Notes under the pieces: model-generated | Database searches by the model: none | Told to the model about the DNA's origin: nothing | The model's input: only the letters and a program-made list of their open reading frames with translations | Assembly: GCA_964187785.1 (NCBI GenBank) | Contig: OZ076409.1 | Coordinates: 33,420,001-33,484,000, forward strand | Length of the DNA stretch: 64,000 nt | From: Amphiscolops sp. MND2022 | Taxonomy: Eukaryota | Direction: 5' to 3' | Program-made: the position numbers and the translations under genes | Shown: positions 12,137-23,800 of the stretch, one piece after another | Layout of the letters: each line of letters opens with the position of its first letter | Position numbering within the stretch: position 1 is the stretch's first letter

Positions 12137-14947
12137 ATGGCGACATTTGACTTAACCGACCCGAAAGTAATGACAATGAAGAAAGGCGGAACAACACAGG
12201 TGTTGTTATTTTCGGACACCTTGAAGAATTCATCAACCTCCGCAGAATGGAGAGAACACGAAGTACGATTTGCTAAAACAATTGAAGTAATAGCACAGGT
12301 AACTTCGAAGTTCGAGGAACTGAAAACCAAAGGAAACGATTACGAACCCAGTATATACGAATTGGGTAGTCTTTATCAAGATTATAGCAAAGCCATTGAA
12401 GGGACATAAATACCGAATGCGACAGTTGCATTCGCTTGCTGAAAGACAAGTATCAGTCAGAGCGGCGCAAGGTTTTAAATTGTCAAACGAGTGGTCCTGG
12501 GCAACTTTACAAAGAATGCTCGACGATGTTCGGCAAACTGAAAAGCTGCTCAACAGTCCACCATCATTTGAAGGATAAAGGTCAGTTTTTTCGTTACTGT
12601 AAATTGTCAGACCAATTTAACGACGCCCGGGTTAGGATTCAAGACGAAATAGTCAAGACGGATTCATTGATTGAACAGGGCGCTAGATCAACTAAAGTCA
12701 AATCAGCTTTACCAAAAGTTCGAGAGATGAAAGACGTAATGGACAAAGCTCTGAAAGAGCAATGAACCCTGATGAGTCCGGAATTTGTCATTGTCAATCG
12801 AGACTTCTTTTCATCGAAAGAAGCCATTCTAGCTGAAGTTGAGAGAGAACGCAACAATTCAATGGTTCGGGTATGTAGATCCAGAGATCAGAGAAGCGAA
12901 ATCTAAGTCAGAGAAACCTGAGGAAGACGATGAAGCAGTGGCCGAAGAAAGTTCGGAAACTCACGATATTTTGGCTGATGCTGAAACAGATCAGGGCAAA
13001 CGCAAGAAAAATGCTGTCGAGAAAATGGACCAAAGCTTGAAACTTTTGAGGAGTCTTAATGACACATTTTCTCGAGACGAGTCAAGTAAATACGAGGAAG
13101 GCTCTACGAAATACGAAGCTCCAGGAGCCGAATATCAGGAACTGAAGCCATCTACCAGTGATTTCCCATCCACGATGAAAAGTGCTGCCAGTGAGCCTTC
13201 GAAGTATCAACATTCCAACACAGGTTCTCGATCTTCACGACTCAGTGAACGTCGTCGACTTGAGAGTCGAGCGAAGCTTCTGGAACAAGAATCTCGAATG
13301 GCGATTGAAAAGAAAGAAAGAGAACTTGAGCTAAAACGCAAGCAGCGGGAAATAGAAGCAATGCAAGGAGAAACAGAGTTAGCGGATTTACGGGATCAGA
13401 CATCCCTGAAGATGCAGGAAATGAAACTTCAAATTGAGGAAGCAGAAGGCTCCTGTCATGTTAGTCCCAGTCTGATGTCGTTTTCAATTGATGCCGATAA
13501 AAACAGCGACATCAAAAGCTGGTTAGATCAAAACAGCGACGTTCCAGATATCCAGAAACGAAAATCGTCTAATCCAGTGATTACAAGAAAAACAATAACT
13601 GCAATCACGAGCGATCCAGTGGCTTCAAGAATTTGTAGAGGACGACCACTGAAAGTAATTGAACGAAAAGATCCTTCTACCGAGCGCAAAGGCAGAAAGG
13701 TGAGTGACCGAGGTGATAGAAGCCAAAGCCGTTCGAAATCAAAACCAACCTCACCGAAACGACATCCCAATGCGAACAGTGAAGGGCTCAACAGAGAGTC
13801 ATGTCTCAATTCATTGCCTATGCAACAAACTGTCCAGTCACAATGGACATTTCAAACATCCAGTCTACCGGAACTGAAAATGACCGAATTTGCAGGTGAT
13901 CCTTTGGAATGACCCGAATGGTCCAGTCTATTTAATGCAGTTATTCACAATGCGCCAATCGACGATAATTCGAAAATGAGCCATTTAAAGACGTTGGTAA
14001 AAGGCAAAGCCAAGGCCGCAATAGCAGGTCTTGGTTACTCTGGAGCCTTATATCACACTGCTTGGGACACGTTAGTCCGCAACTTTGGTCGACCCCAGAC
14101 AGTGGTTAATGCTCAAATGAAACTCATTCACACATATCCTTTTATCAAATCCCACGACTCAGCAGCTATTAACAAATATGCCCAACTCATAACGACGTGT
14201 GTTAATGTTTTGAATCAATATGGTTTTACTGGTGATCTTAGTTCAAAGTCTGTGTTGAACAGCGCTGTAAGAAAACTACCACCAGAGCAGAAAACGAAAT
14301 GGCTGTTCTATGCAAAAAGACAGAAATATCAAAGCGCAAACTTCAGTAAATTTTGTGAATTGTTGAACGACGTTGCTTTCGTTCATGATGAACTGCTGGT
14401 TCAATTCAGACAAAGCAGCGACAAGAAGCAGTCTATGTCGACCGACCGAACAAAGACAGCAGGATCATCCATGTCCCCGACTACCAACGAGACTGGGTTG
14501 TCTACATTAAATTCTAGCCCTAAGACTCCACTTAAATGTGTGGTCTGTGGCAAGGCACATGGCTTATGGGCTTGTGATGCTTTCAAGAAACTTACCCCTA
14601 TCGAGCGGTACAAGAAAGTGAAGGAGAGCAAATTGTGCTTCCTATTTTTCCGTGGAGGACATGCTGTGAAGGATTGCAAGATGAAAGAATGTGGAATTGA
14701 CGGCTGCAAAAGGCGTCACAACAGATTGTTGCACCGACCAGAAGAGAACAAAATCCCAAACACAACGTCAACAGAGGCTGTAGAGACCCACGCAAGTGTA
14801 AGTTTGAACACTTTTGGCATCTTACCTGTGCACCAAGTGGAACTTTCAAACAATGGGAAAAGAGTGAAGGTTCTTGCATTAGTCGATAGTGGATCCAGTC
14901 TGTCATGGATAGATAAGTCATCAGCAGATCAACTGAATTTGCAATGA
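12137..14947 (+). pseudogene. gag: BEL/Pao gag-protease region (coiled coil, DUF1759-like region, three Cys/His knuckles, aspartic protease)
   Basis: ORF pieces 12137-12765, 12839-13912 and 13976-14947; LPELKMTEFAGDPLE; CVVCGKAHGLWAC..CFLFFRGGHAVKDC..CGIDGCKRRHNRLLH; ALVDSGSS. Broken by stops and frameshifts. Confidence 0.9.
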
Positions 14948-15330
14948 GTCAAACGGGGTCTAACTGTTAGCGGAATAAATGGTACTGAATGTCACGACAG
15001 TGAGCTTGTCAAAGTCACTATTCATTCAAAGGATTATGGAAACGAAGAAATCCAGATGGCTATTCATCAAAATCTTCTCATCGACGACAGTTTTTATGAT
15101 GTTCGAAGAATGCAGAGTCAGTACCCCCAATTGACTAAAGTTCCTTAAAACAATTTCAATTTCAACCCTGGGCCGTTCGATGTTCTATGGGGTGGACAGT
15201 CAGTGGCCCCTTGCCAAAAAGGATTGTGTCCTCATTGACATCATGTCATAGTTCGGTTCATCAACCTTCAGATTTCGACTTAAACGAATAAATCAAGACA
15301 TGGTGGGACAACGAAAGTTATGATTCACGA

Positions 15331-18300
15331 GTGAAAGTGGACGGGCGATCCAGATCAGATGTTAAAGCACTTGAAACTTTGGAAAAGACAACGCAGTGTG
15401 AAAATGACAGGTACACCGTGGGAATGTTGTGGAATTCTTCTCGTTCCAGTCTGCCAAACAATTATCGAAGTGCTGTTAAGCAGTTCTTGTCACTCGAAAA
15501 CCGACTGGCCAAGAACCCAGAACTCAAAGGTGCGTATTCAGATACAATCAAGACGGATAAAGATTCGGGTTATATTCGGATACTTGAACCAACCGAGCTT
15601 CAAGAGACTAGAAAAGAACCTCAGTGGCATTTACCCCATCACCCTGTTATCAACCCGAACAAACCTGGAAAAGTGAGGCGCGTCTGTAATGCGGCTAGCG
15701 AATTCGAAGGACATTCATTGAACAAAAGTCTCTTCATTGGTCCAGATTTATTACAGAATCTTGTGGGGATCATCTTCCGGTTCCGGGAGAAGCCGTTTGG
15801 CATGAGCGCAGACATTGAAGCAATGTTCTTGCAGGTACAAGTCCCTCCAGAAGATGCAAAATGTCTTCGTTTTGTTTGGCGAGAAAATCAATCAGACGAA
15901 ATATCCACGTATGAATACACTCGGCTTATATTTGGAGCCAAAGACTCGCCAACATGTGCAAATTATGCTTTACAACGTACAGCCACAGACAATGGGGAAG
16001 AATTCCCAGTCGCTTCTAGAATTGTGAAGCGAAATTTCTATATGGACGACTTCTTGAATTCTGCGGAAAATATCCAGGAAGCTGAATCTGTGAAACAGAA
16101 CCTGATATCTCTCTTGCGGAAAGGCAGTTTCAAGCTTTCTAAATGGCAATCAAATGTGAAAGAATTGTGCGAGAAAGAGAGTGATGCGGAGAGTGTTACT
16201 ACTTTGGGATTGGAATGGAACCTTATCGCAGATGACCTCAAATTGTGCCGTGGGTTTGCTGGCAAAGAACATTCAGTTATCACCCACAGAGTAGTTCTAT
16301 CAGTCGCGTCGTCAATATTTGACCCATTGGGTTTAGCATCACCATTCACAATTAGAATTCGACTTATTTTACGACTTATTTGGCAGAAAGCTTTGAAATC
16401 TTGGGATGAAGAAATTCCGCAAGATGTCGCAAAACAATATCTTGATTAATTACAAGAAATTCCAGCCCTGAAGGAACTCTCAATAGACCGACATTATGGC
16501 TGGCATCGTGGCAGTAATGTACAATTACATGTGTTTGCCGATGCATCAGAAATGGGACTTTGTGTCGTCGCCTACTTGAGGTTCGAGATTGATGGTAAAG
16601 TCAAAGTTTCTTTCGTAATGGGAAAAACAAGAGTGGCTCCTATCAAAACTACTACAATTCCAAAACTGGACATCCAGGCAGGTCTTCATGCTTCACGGAT
16701 AAAGGTATCCATCATAGAAGAACACGATTTCACCATAAATCAAGTTTTCATGTGGAGTGATTCATCAACTGTGATACAATGGCTGAATGCATTTGAAAGG
16801 AAGCAGCTAATTTTTGTTGCTAATCGTTTTGGAGAAATTTTGGAAAACACCAAGCTGGGTGAATGGAATCATATCCCTGGCGCATAAAAGCCAGCAGATC
16901 TTGGCACCCGAGGGATGAGAGCCAATGAAATTGCGTCAAGCGTGTGCCTAAACGGGCCGGCGTGGCTGAGTGAGAACGAAGCTCACTGGCCAAAAGCTAT
17001 TGCTGCCTGCACTATTGTTGAGGACACTTCAGAAACGTCTCAAGTGGTAACTCTTTTGCCAAACAAGCCACTTGAGATACAATGGGAATGATTCAGTTCT
17101 TGGACTAAATTAATTCACACAATTTGCTACATATGGCGCTGGAGACGACGCAATCAAAATAGAGGAGTAATTTCATTGGATGAATATCACTATGCAGAGC
17201 AAATCACATTCAAATTGATTCAAAAGGAATCTTTTACGACTGAATATGATACCCTAGTCAATGAAAAGGAGTTATCTTCCAAATCAAACATTGCACAACT
17301 TTGCCCGTTTATCGACAATCAGGGGATTATGAGAGCACGTGGGCGTTTATCAAAAGCTGATTTCGAATTCGATACTAAACACACAATCCTTCTACCATCC
17401 AAACATCCTGCAACGCGACTCATGATGCTGAAATGTCATTTGAACAATTACCATCAAGGCGTGGAAAGCATGCAACATGAATTGCAACCGAAGTTTTGGA
17501 TTTTGGGCCTCAGAAACGCCTTGCGGAACATCAAAAGTCGCTGCGTCCCATGTAGGAAATACAGTGCCGTTGTCCAAGCTCCAATTATGGCTGACCTACC
17601 AAGAGAAAGGTTGGAGAAAGTTGATTTCCCTTTTATTTATGTTGGAGTTGATTATTTCGGACCCATAGAAGTGAAATACATGAGAAAGACATTGAAAAGG
17701 TGGGTGTGTGTATTTACCTGTCTGTCTACAAGGGCCACACACCTTGAAATGGTGTATTCGCTAGACACTGACTCCTGTCTGAGTGCAATTACACAATTTA
17801 TAGCTAGACGAGGTCATCCGTCGAGTATTTGGAGCGATAATGGCACAAACTTCGTTGGTGCGAACAACGAGCTGAAGCAGTTTGCATCAATGTGGCAAAA
17901 TACCGACTTCCAAGAAAAACTTCGTCAAAAGAAGATCATTTGGAAATTCAACCCCGCCGCAGCGCCACATTTTGGGGGTTCTTGGGAGCGAAGGGTGAAG
18001 GCATGCAAACAGGCCATATACCACGTTCTTAATGGTCAAAGGCTCACTGACGAGCTTTTAGCTACAATTCTTTGTCTCACTGAGCAACTGCTTAATTCCC
18101 GCCCACTCACGCCTAACTCTAATGCCCCTTCCGACCTCGAAGCTTCGACACCTCATCATTTTCTATTGGGCCGGTCGAGTATCGCTATTCCTTATTTGCC
18201 AGATGCGCAAAAGTACCAAAATCACAGGAAGATGTTCCTAGTGGCTCAAGCTCACATGGATAACATTTGGGCAAGATGGCTAAAAGAGTACCTTCCGGTG

Positions 18301-18520
18301 CATAATATTCGCCAGAAATGGTACAAGGAACGTCCGCAATTGAAAGAAAACGACCTGGTATGGATTATCGACCATCGTCAAAAAACGGGGTTTTTACCGC
18401 CTTAGAAGAGTCAAAAGGTGTCATTCTGGGAATGATGGCAATATTCGATCTTGTGACATCCTTACCCAATCTGGAGTTGTTTCTCGACCTACAGTTAAGT
18501 TGTCCCGTGTGTTGGACGAC
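15331..18520 (+). pseudogene. pol: BEL/Pao pol (RT, RNase H, integrase)
   Basis: RT with HLPHHPV, ADIEAMFLQV and FYMDD; RNase H FADAS/WSDS; integrase with zinc finger CVPC, GVDYFGP, WSDNGTNF, PHFGGSWER. Several stops. Confidence 0.95.
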
Positions 18521-18561
18521 GTTGGGTGTGTTCCTCCCCAAGAAAAACACAGGGCCGGCGA

Positions 18562-19241
18562 TGAAAAGGCCTGAAAACCAGTACAGAAAAAAGGACCTCA
18601 AATTGGGTGACTTTGCAGAGCCATAACTTCAACCCCTTTGAAAGAATCAACCCCAAAATAGCGGTGATCCCCCTTTTTTGAGCCAAACTACCGATCTAGC
18701 CCAAAAAACTGGAAATCAAAGCAACTTTTTTTCAACAAAAGTTTTTATGGGGGTTTTTGGACTTTTCGATCAATATATCACTTTTATGGCAAATAATGCC
18801 CTCCATTTCCTGTTTAACCCACTTTAGCCCTCATATTTATTTGTGATCATGTTGTGAGAACATATTTGAGTATTCGTAGCCAATATTAGCTTACTTAGGT
18901 AGACAGAAAGTGCCCCAGATAGTGTATTTACTGACCACGGAAGTGTAGTTACTTGTTGAATATCAACGGATATACTCTCATAATTTCATATTTACGCATA
19001 AATATTTGCTTCTATATTGTTTACTCTATTAGTCAATGTACCTGAGATGTTGTATAACCATATTAGAACGGAAAATTGACTTCTTGAAAGCAAGTTGTGA
19101 GAGTTTTTAGAAGTTGAAATATTCAGTTTTCATCACGGGTTCGTAAAGCTTTTGGGAACTTTACAACTTTTTGCACGTTAAATTTATCCCAGGGACAGGC
19201 CGACGGTTCGAACGCATTAGCTACTAGAATCAGCCTTTACA
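18562..19241 (+). repeat. BEL-1 3' LTR
   Basis: Direct repeat of 11222-11894, followed by TSD GTGCA. Confidence 0.95.
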
Positions 19242-19313
19242 GTGCATGTGTGCTTCTTTTCGAGCAAATCGTAAAACAGTTTTCGGGATCGTTTTTAGAT
19301 ACTCTCCAAGTCA

Positions 19314-20022
19314 TTTTTAGTCGGCGCTTCATGAAGTGAAACGCGACTATTATAGTGGCTTTTCTTAGTCGGCGCTTCATGAAGTGAAACGCGACTATTA
19401 TAGTGGCTTTTCTTTTTTTCAATCCACACGAACTGACCAAAATAGTTCTTAAAAGTTCTACAAAATATTATTGCACCAAATTGCACTATTTGGTCTAGCG
19501 AACTGAACCAAAACTGTTTTTCCTGTTCTCCCGCGTACCATACCATACCCGGGGAGACCAAAGGGTCCCCCCTTCCAATTTTTTTTCGGCACTGCGAGAC
19601 TTTTTGTTCCGGAAATTTTTTCCCCAAAGGGTCCCCCTTTCAATTTTGTTTGCTGTTTTGCGACAGAATGGATGTTGGAAAATCCCAAAGGGAAGTTTTT
19701 TTCGGCACTGTGAGAATTTTTCCGAAAAAGAAAATTTTTCCCCTTTTCAATTTTTTGATGTTTTCCGACAAAACCCCTTCAACTGCGACAAAAATGTTGA
19801 CAATTTCGGAAGTGTCCTCCATTCAGCGCGCCAGGGGCTCGCGCTAGCGGGCCCCGGTGCGCCACTCGGTCCATTTTTTGAGTATGTAATTTTTTCGAAA
19901 TTTTGTTTTCGTAAAATATTCGATTTTCGAGTACTGCAAAAGAGAATACTTGACACTCGGAAGTCTTTTTGCTATTTTTGAGCCTTAAATATGGCGCCGA
20001 CTTGGGCCGGTCCCGGCTTGTT
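19314..20022 (+). mobile_element. Helentron/DINE-1-like element, family A (well-preserved copy)
   Basis: Duplicated 5' TTTTAGTCGGCGCTTCATGAAG; 3' subTIR GGCGCCGACT, hairpin GCCGG-TC-CCGGC, then TTGTT; highly similar to 27891-28575 in reverse. Confidence 0.85.
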
Positions 20023-20898
20023 CAAGTCTATTGGGGGTTTCGGTATGCGGCCCTTCCCATCCCTCGGACACTTTTTAAGGTATCCCACTCACCGAGTTGA
20101 AATTGATACAACCTGACACCACCTATCTTTAGAAAAAAACAAGAGTCCATCTCGAGTTGAACCCTAAGTTAAATTTTTTTTTCATATTTTCTGGACAAAG
20201 GACATCTTTTTTTCAATGTTCCATTGAATTGTCAAGAATATGTATAAAAGTAACTGAAATTGAACTCTCTAAAAAGAATGAAGTTTAAAAAGGATATGTA
20301 CCGCAGCAGGTCTCGAGGGTGAGTACAAAAAACAGTATTACTCCCTCAGCGGCTCGTTACGGTCTCGTTAAGAACAAATAAAGCACATCACAGTTATACA
20401 ATGACACCAAACTATCAGTCCATCAGTCCTAATCATGATAATTGATTGAAATTTAACCTCATTGATTCTAACATCGTCAAACTCGTCAGCGTTTTCGTTT
20501 TCGAAGGCAGACTTAGTTGGAAATTGATACTCAGTTCTTAACTTTACAGCTTCGAACTTTGAAGTTGCATTGGTGCGCCGTAATTTTCGCTCATACCACT
20601 GGGCCCAAATATTCAAGCCGATATTATGACAGCGTGGTACTTCACTGCAAGTCTACAATTAGAAAACCATGTTTTCAACCATTTTTTCATAATTAGACTC
20701 AGATTGATTCGGACCAGAAGATATATTTGAAAAACATCAAAGCCACAGGAACAATTTGATATAAAATTTAGTGTCATAAATGATCACGGATATCGAACTA
20801 ATGTTTGAAAAAAAGACTATTTTACAACTGCCGCCAAAAACTTTGAGTATCGATTATTGGGACTTAAGAACGCCATGATCTACACTTAAAACGGTCGT

Positions 20899-23800
20899 TG
20901 TATTGTGAAATCTTTGACTGTAGCTCATCAACTTTGTAACAACAATGGATCATCTCGCATGTATCACTAAGTATGACAAAAAGTATATAACATAAAAGGG
21001 GCAATCTAATAAGAACGCTGTAGAGCTTGTTATTCAACAACTCTGTGGTTGCTCGTTTCTGTAATGGTGTGACCTTGGCATGTCACATTCCCCCTCAGGG
21101 TAAGATCGGCGATGTGGGGTATTTGATAAAATTTGACTCCGAAGTTGTTGGTTATTGTTCGTATATTACGGTTTTCTTTCTCCTCACTGTCCTACTGTCG
21201 TCTTACTGGGTTGGCTTTCCTGTAATATTTCATAATTTAGTTTTGTTTTCTTTTTATTATTATTTGTATAATATGGAACACCGCCTAATTTTTCGGTGTG
21301 GTTGGCAAATGGCAATCTCTTTGACTTTCTTCTAAACATATATAGCTCAGTTGGTGATTTACCGTAATTTATACCTGTTTCCGTTATAGATTGGTTTCGT
21401 TCGGGCAGATTTGAAGTTCAACTTCGATGTTGGTGTGGACTGGTTTCCCTTGCTTGTATTGTAACAAATGAAGTCATCATCTGAGAGGATGCTCAGATCC
21501 AGGACCATTGACTTGCCAGTGGCTTTTCTGGGGGACGTGAACTGTTGAGTTTCATTTCGTGGCTGTTCTTTTCGTCCCAGCCAGTCCTCGCACCTCTCAA
21601 AGTTTTCGGGTTTCGGCGGTTCGTTTCATCTGTAACCGCATGATACTGGGGAATCGATGGTTTTGTGCAGGAGGGTTGGTCATTTGCTGTTATTTGCCTG
21701 GTGTTCATCCGTTTTGTCGGTGTTGAATTGTTCTGAATTAGTAACGGGTTGGATAATATTATTCTGTGGATAGCTTTAATTTTATCGGTGGTTACCATAT
21801 GGTCTGTTCCCAAAACTGCTATTTGTGGTCTATTGTCAAATTTATAGCCCAGGGAACTCTTTTTGTGAATTTTTGAAGAAAAAATCAACTGGTTTTTTGT
21901 ACTTCCCGAACTGGGCGTTTCTTTGTTTGGGTGAACGTCATTACCCGTTTGTATTTCCGATCATTGGTTTTCTTCTTCGACATCACCAAGTGATCCGTAA
22001 TCTCGAGGGCAGAACATCAAGTCATACAGTCTTCGACCCTTTGGAGTCAACTGAAACAGCTTTGTTAGATTAAATGGTTTAGTTCTGGATTTTCGTCCAA
22101 ATGAAGTTCAAGAGTGGTTTGATTGTTTCCGAATGGGTTGTGAATCTAAGTACGTGTAGTGCTTTATTTAAGCTATCACGTAGATTTTAGCTGTTCTCCA
22201 GAATCGTTTTCAGTAGATTTTTTGCTATCGGATGGTTCATTCGACCCCTCCCGTCCCGGTATGCAAATTCGCTGTGCGGCAATAAGGATTATTTTGTTTT
22301 CAATGCAGTAGTCATTATATTCGTTTGAGATGGTGGCTCTGCCTCTATTGGTTTTAATTGATTACAGTACGTCGTAAATATTGGTATATTCCTGCAGGAA
22401 CGTGGTTACGGTTTTATAACTGGTATTTTTACAGACAATTGCTACCGGCCAGCGGCTTTTTCAGTCGACGGCCGTTGGGTATAAAGCGGGAAGACTCAAA
22501 ATCTTTACTATGTAGGTTTCCCGTGAATTCCAGTTGGATTTCCTCGCCTGGAGGTTCTGGCAGTTTCATTTAGATTTTTCTATACTGTGCATTTAAAATT
22601 TTTGGTTTTCCTCGGCATTTAGGAAAGCGGAGCAGGTATTGGCATTCTTTTGGATATCTGCTCGCATGTTGGGCCACCGTAAAATAGCAGCACAGCTATC
22701 TTGATTATGCCCTGGTGTCCAAAGTGCCAAAGTGTAACGCATTGAGTGCTGCGTAAAGAGGCTCTTGGGGATATTATTACGGTTGTCGACCATTGTAGTT
22801 CCCCATCGTTGGGTGAGCCTCTTGGTGACCGGTGTGTAGTTTTCCGGTACTTGGTTTGAATTATTGTCCACGAGGCAGCATTGTAGTTCAATCAAGTCGG
22901 GATCGACGGCAATTTTTTCGAATAAAATTTGGAGATCACGCATGAAGTCCAGCTCTGCCGATCTGACGTTCTCTTCTAGCTTCTTATTCCTCACTGCTTT
23001 AGTTACTTCGACTCAGTTGATTCGGACGTAGTGCCCTGCGAATTATTCTATTGGCCTGTCGCGGAAGTCTATTACCGGAATTGCTGGGTTTGCCCCAGGC
23101 TCCTGGGTTGTTATTTGGGGACAGGTCTCCATCGGTGTGTCTGTAAATGTAGTGGATTTTTGGGAAGTAGCTCTCCAAAGTCCTTGAAATAGCCGCCACC
23201 GAGATGTGTGTCCGAGCCTTCTTTTTTTAAATGCCAATCGATCTTCTTCTTCTTCTATAGCTTTCACCCTTCTTCAAAGGGTACGCTCTCCTCTCCTTAC
23301 TGTGTGCAGGTTCGTCTGTGTCTGGCTAGGGTTGTTGCTGATACTAGGTTTTTGCAATTTGGAGATGCAAGGTATTTTGTTCTCTAGGTTCTGGCAGTTG
23401 ATTGTGGGGGAGAGTTATGAGGTTGTTTGGATGAGCGGCATGTTCTGGAGTGTCTTACAAAGTTGGAGCTTGATATCTCCTTCTTCCAGTTTAAACAGCG
23501 TTACGTTATCCCGTTTGTCGCTCCAACCTTGCATGATTCCTGGTGGTCTTTCATCGCACTTTCGAATCTGAAGCTACTATTGCATTTAGTACATTCGAAC
23601 ATGTTTGGGTTCCGGTTACTTTCGTGCAATCGTTTCATATGTATGCCCAGGCCCCCCGCATTCAGACATTGTTTTTGGCAGTATCTGCATGTGAGAGATT
23701 TCAGTTGTTTCGTTTCATTTCTGTTCATTTCTATTGTTTGTTCTCGTTTTCCTTTGCTTTTTTCCCGATTGTTCCAGAGAAGACATTCGTTTTCTCACAA

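Larger units (their letters stand above)
11222..19241 (+). mobile_element. BEL/Pao LTR retrotransposon (BEL-1), structurally complete but with in-frame stops
   Basis: LTRs 11222-11894 and 18562-19241 (TG..CA, roughly 20 differences by eye), perfect 5-bp TSD GTGCA, PBS TGGTGCCGCGACCCGGGA (tRNA-Phe/His-like). Confidence 0.97.
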
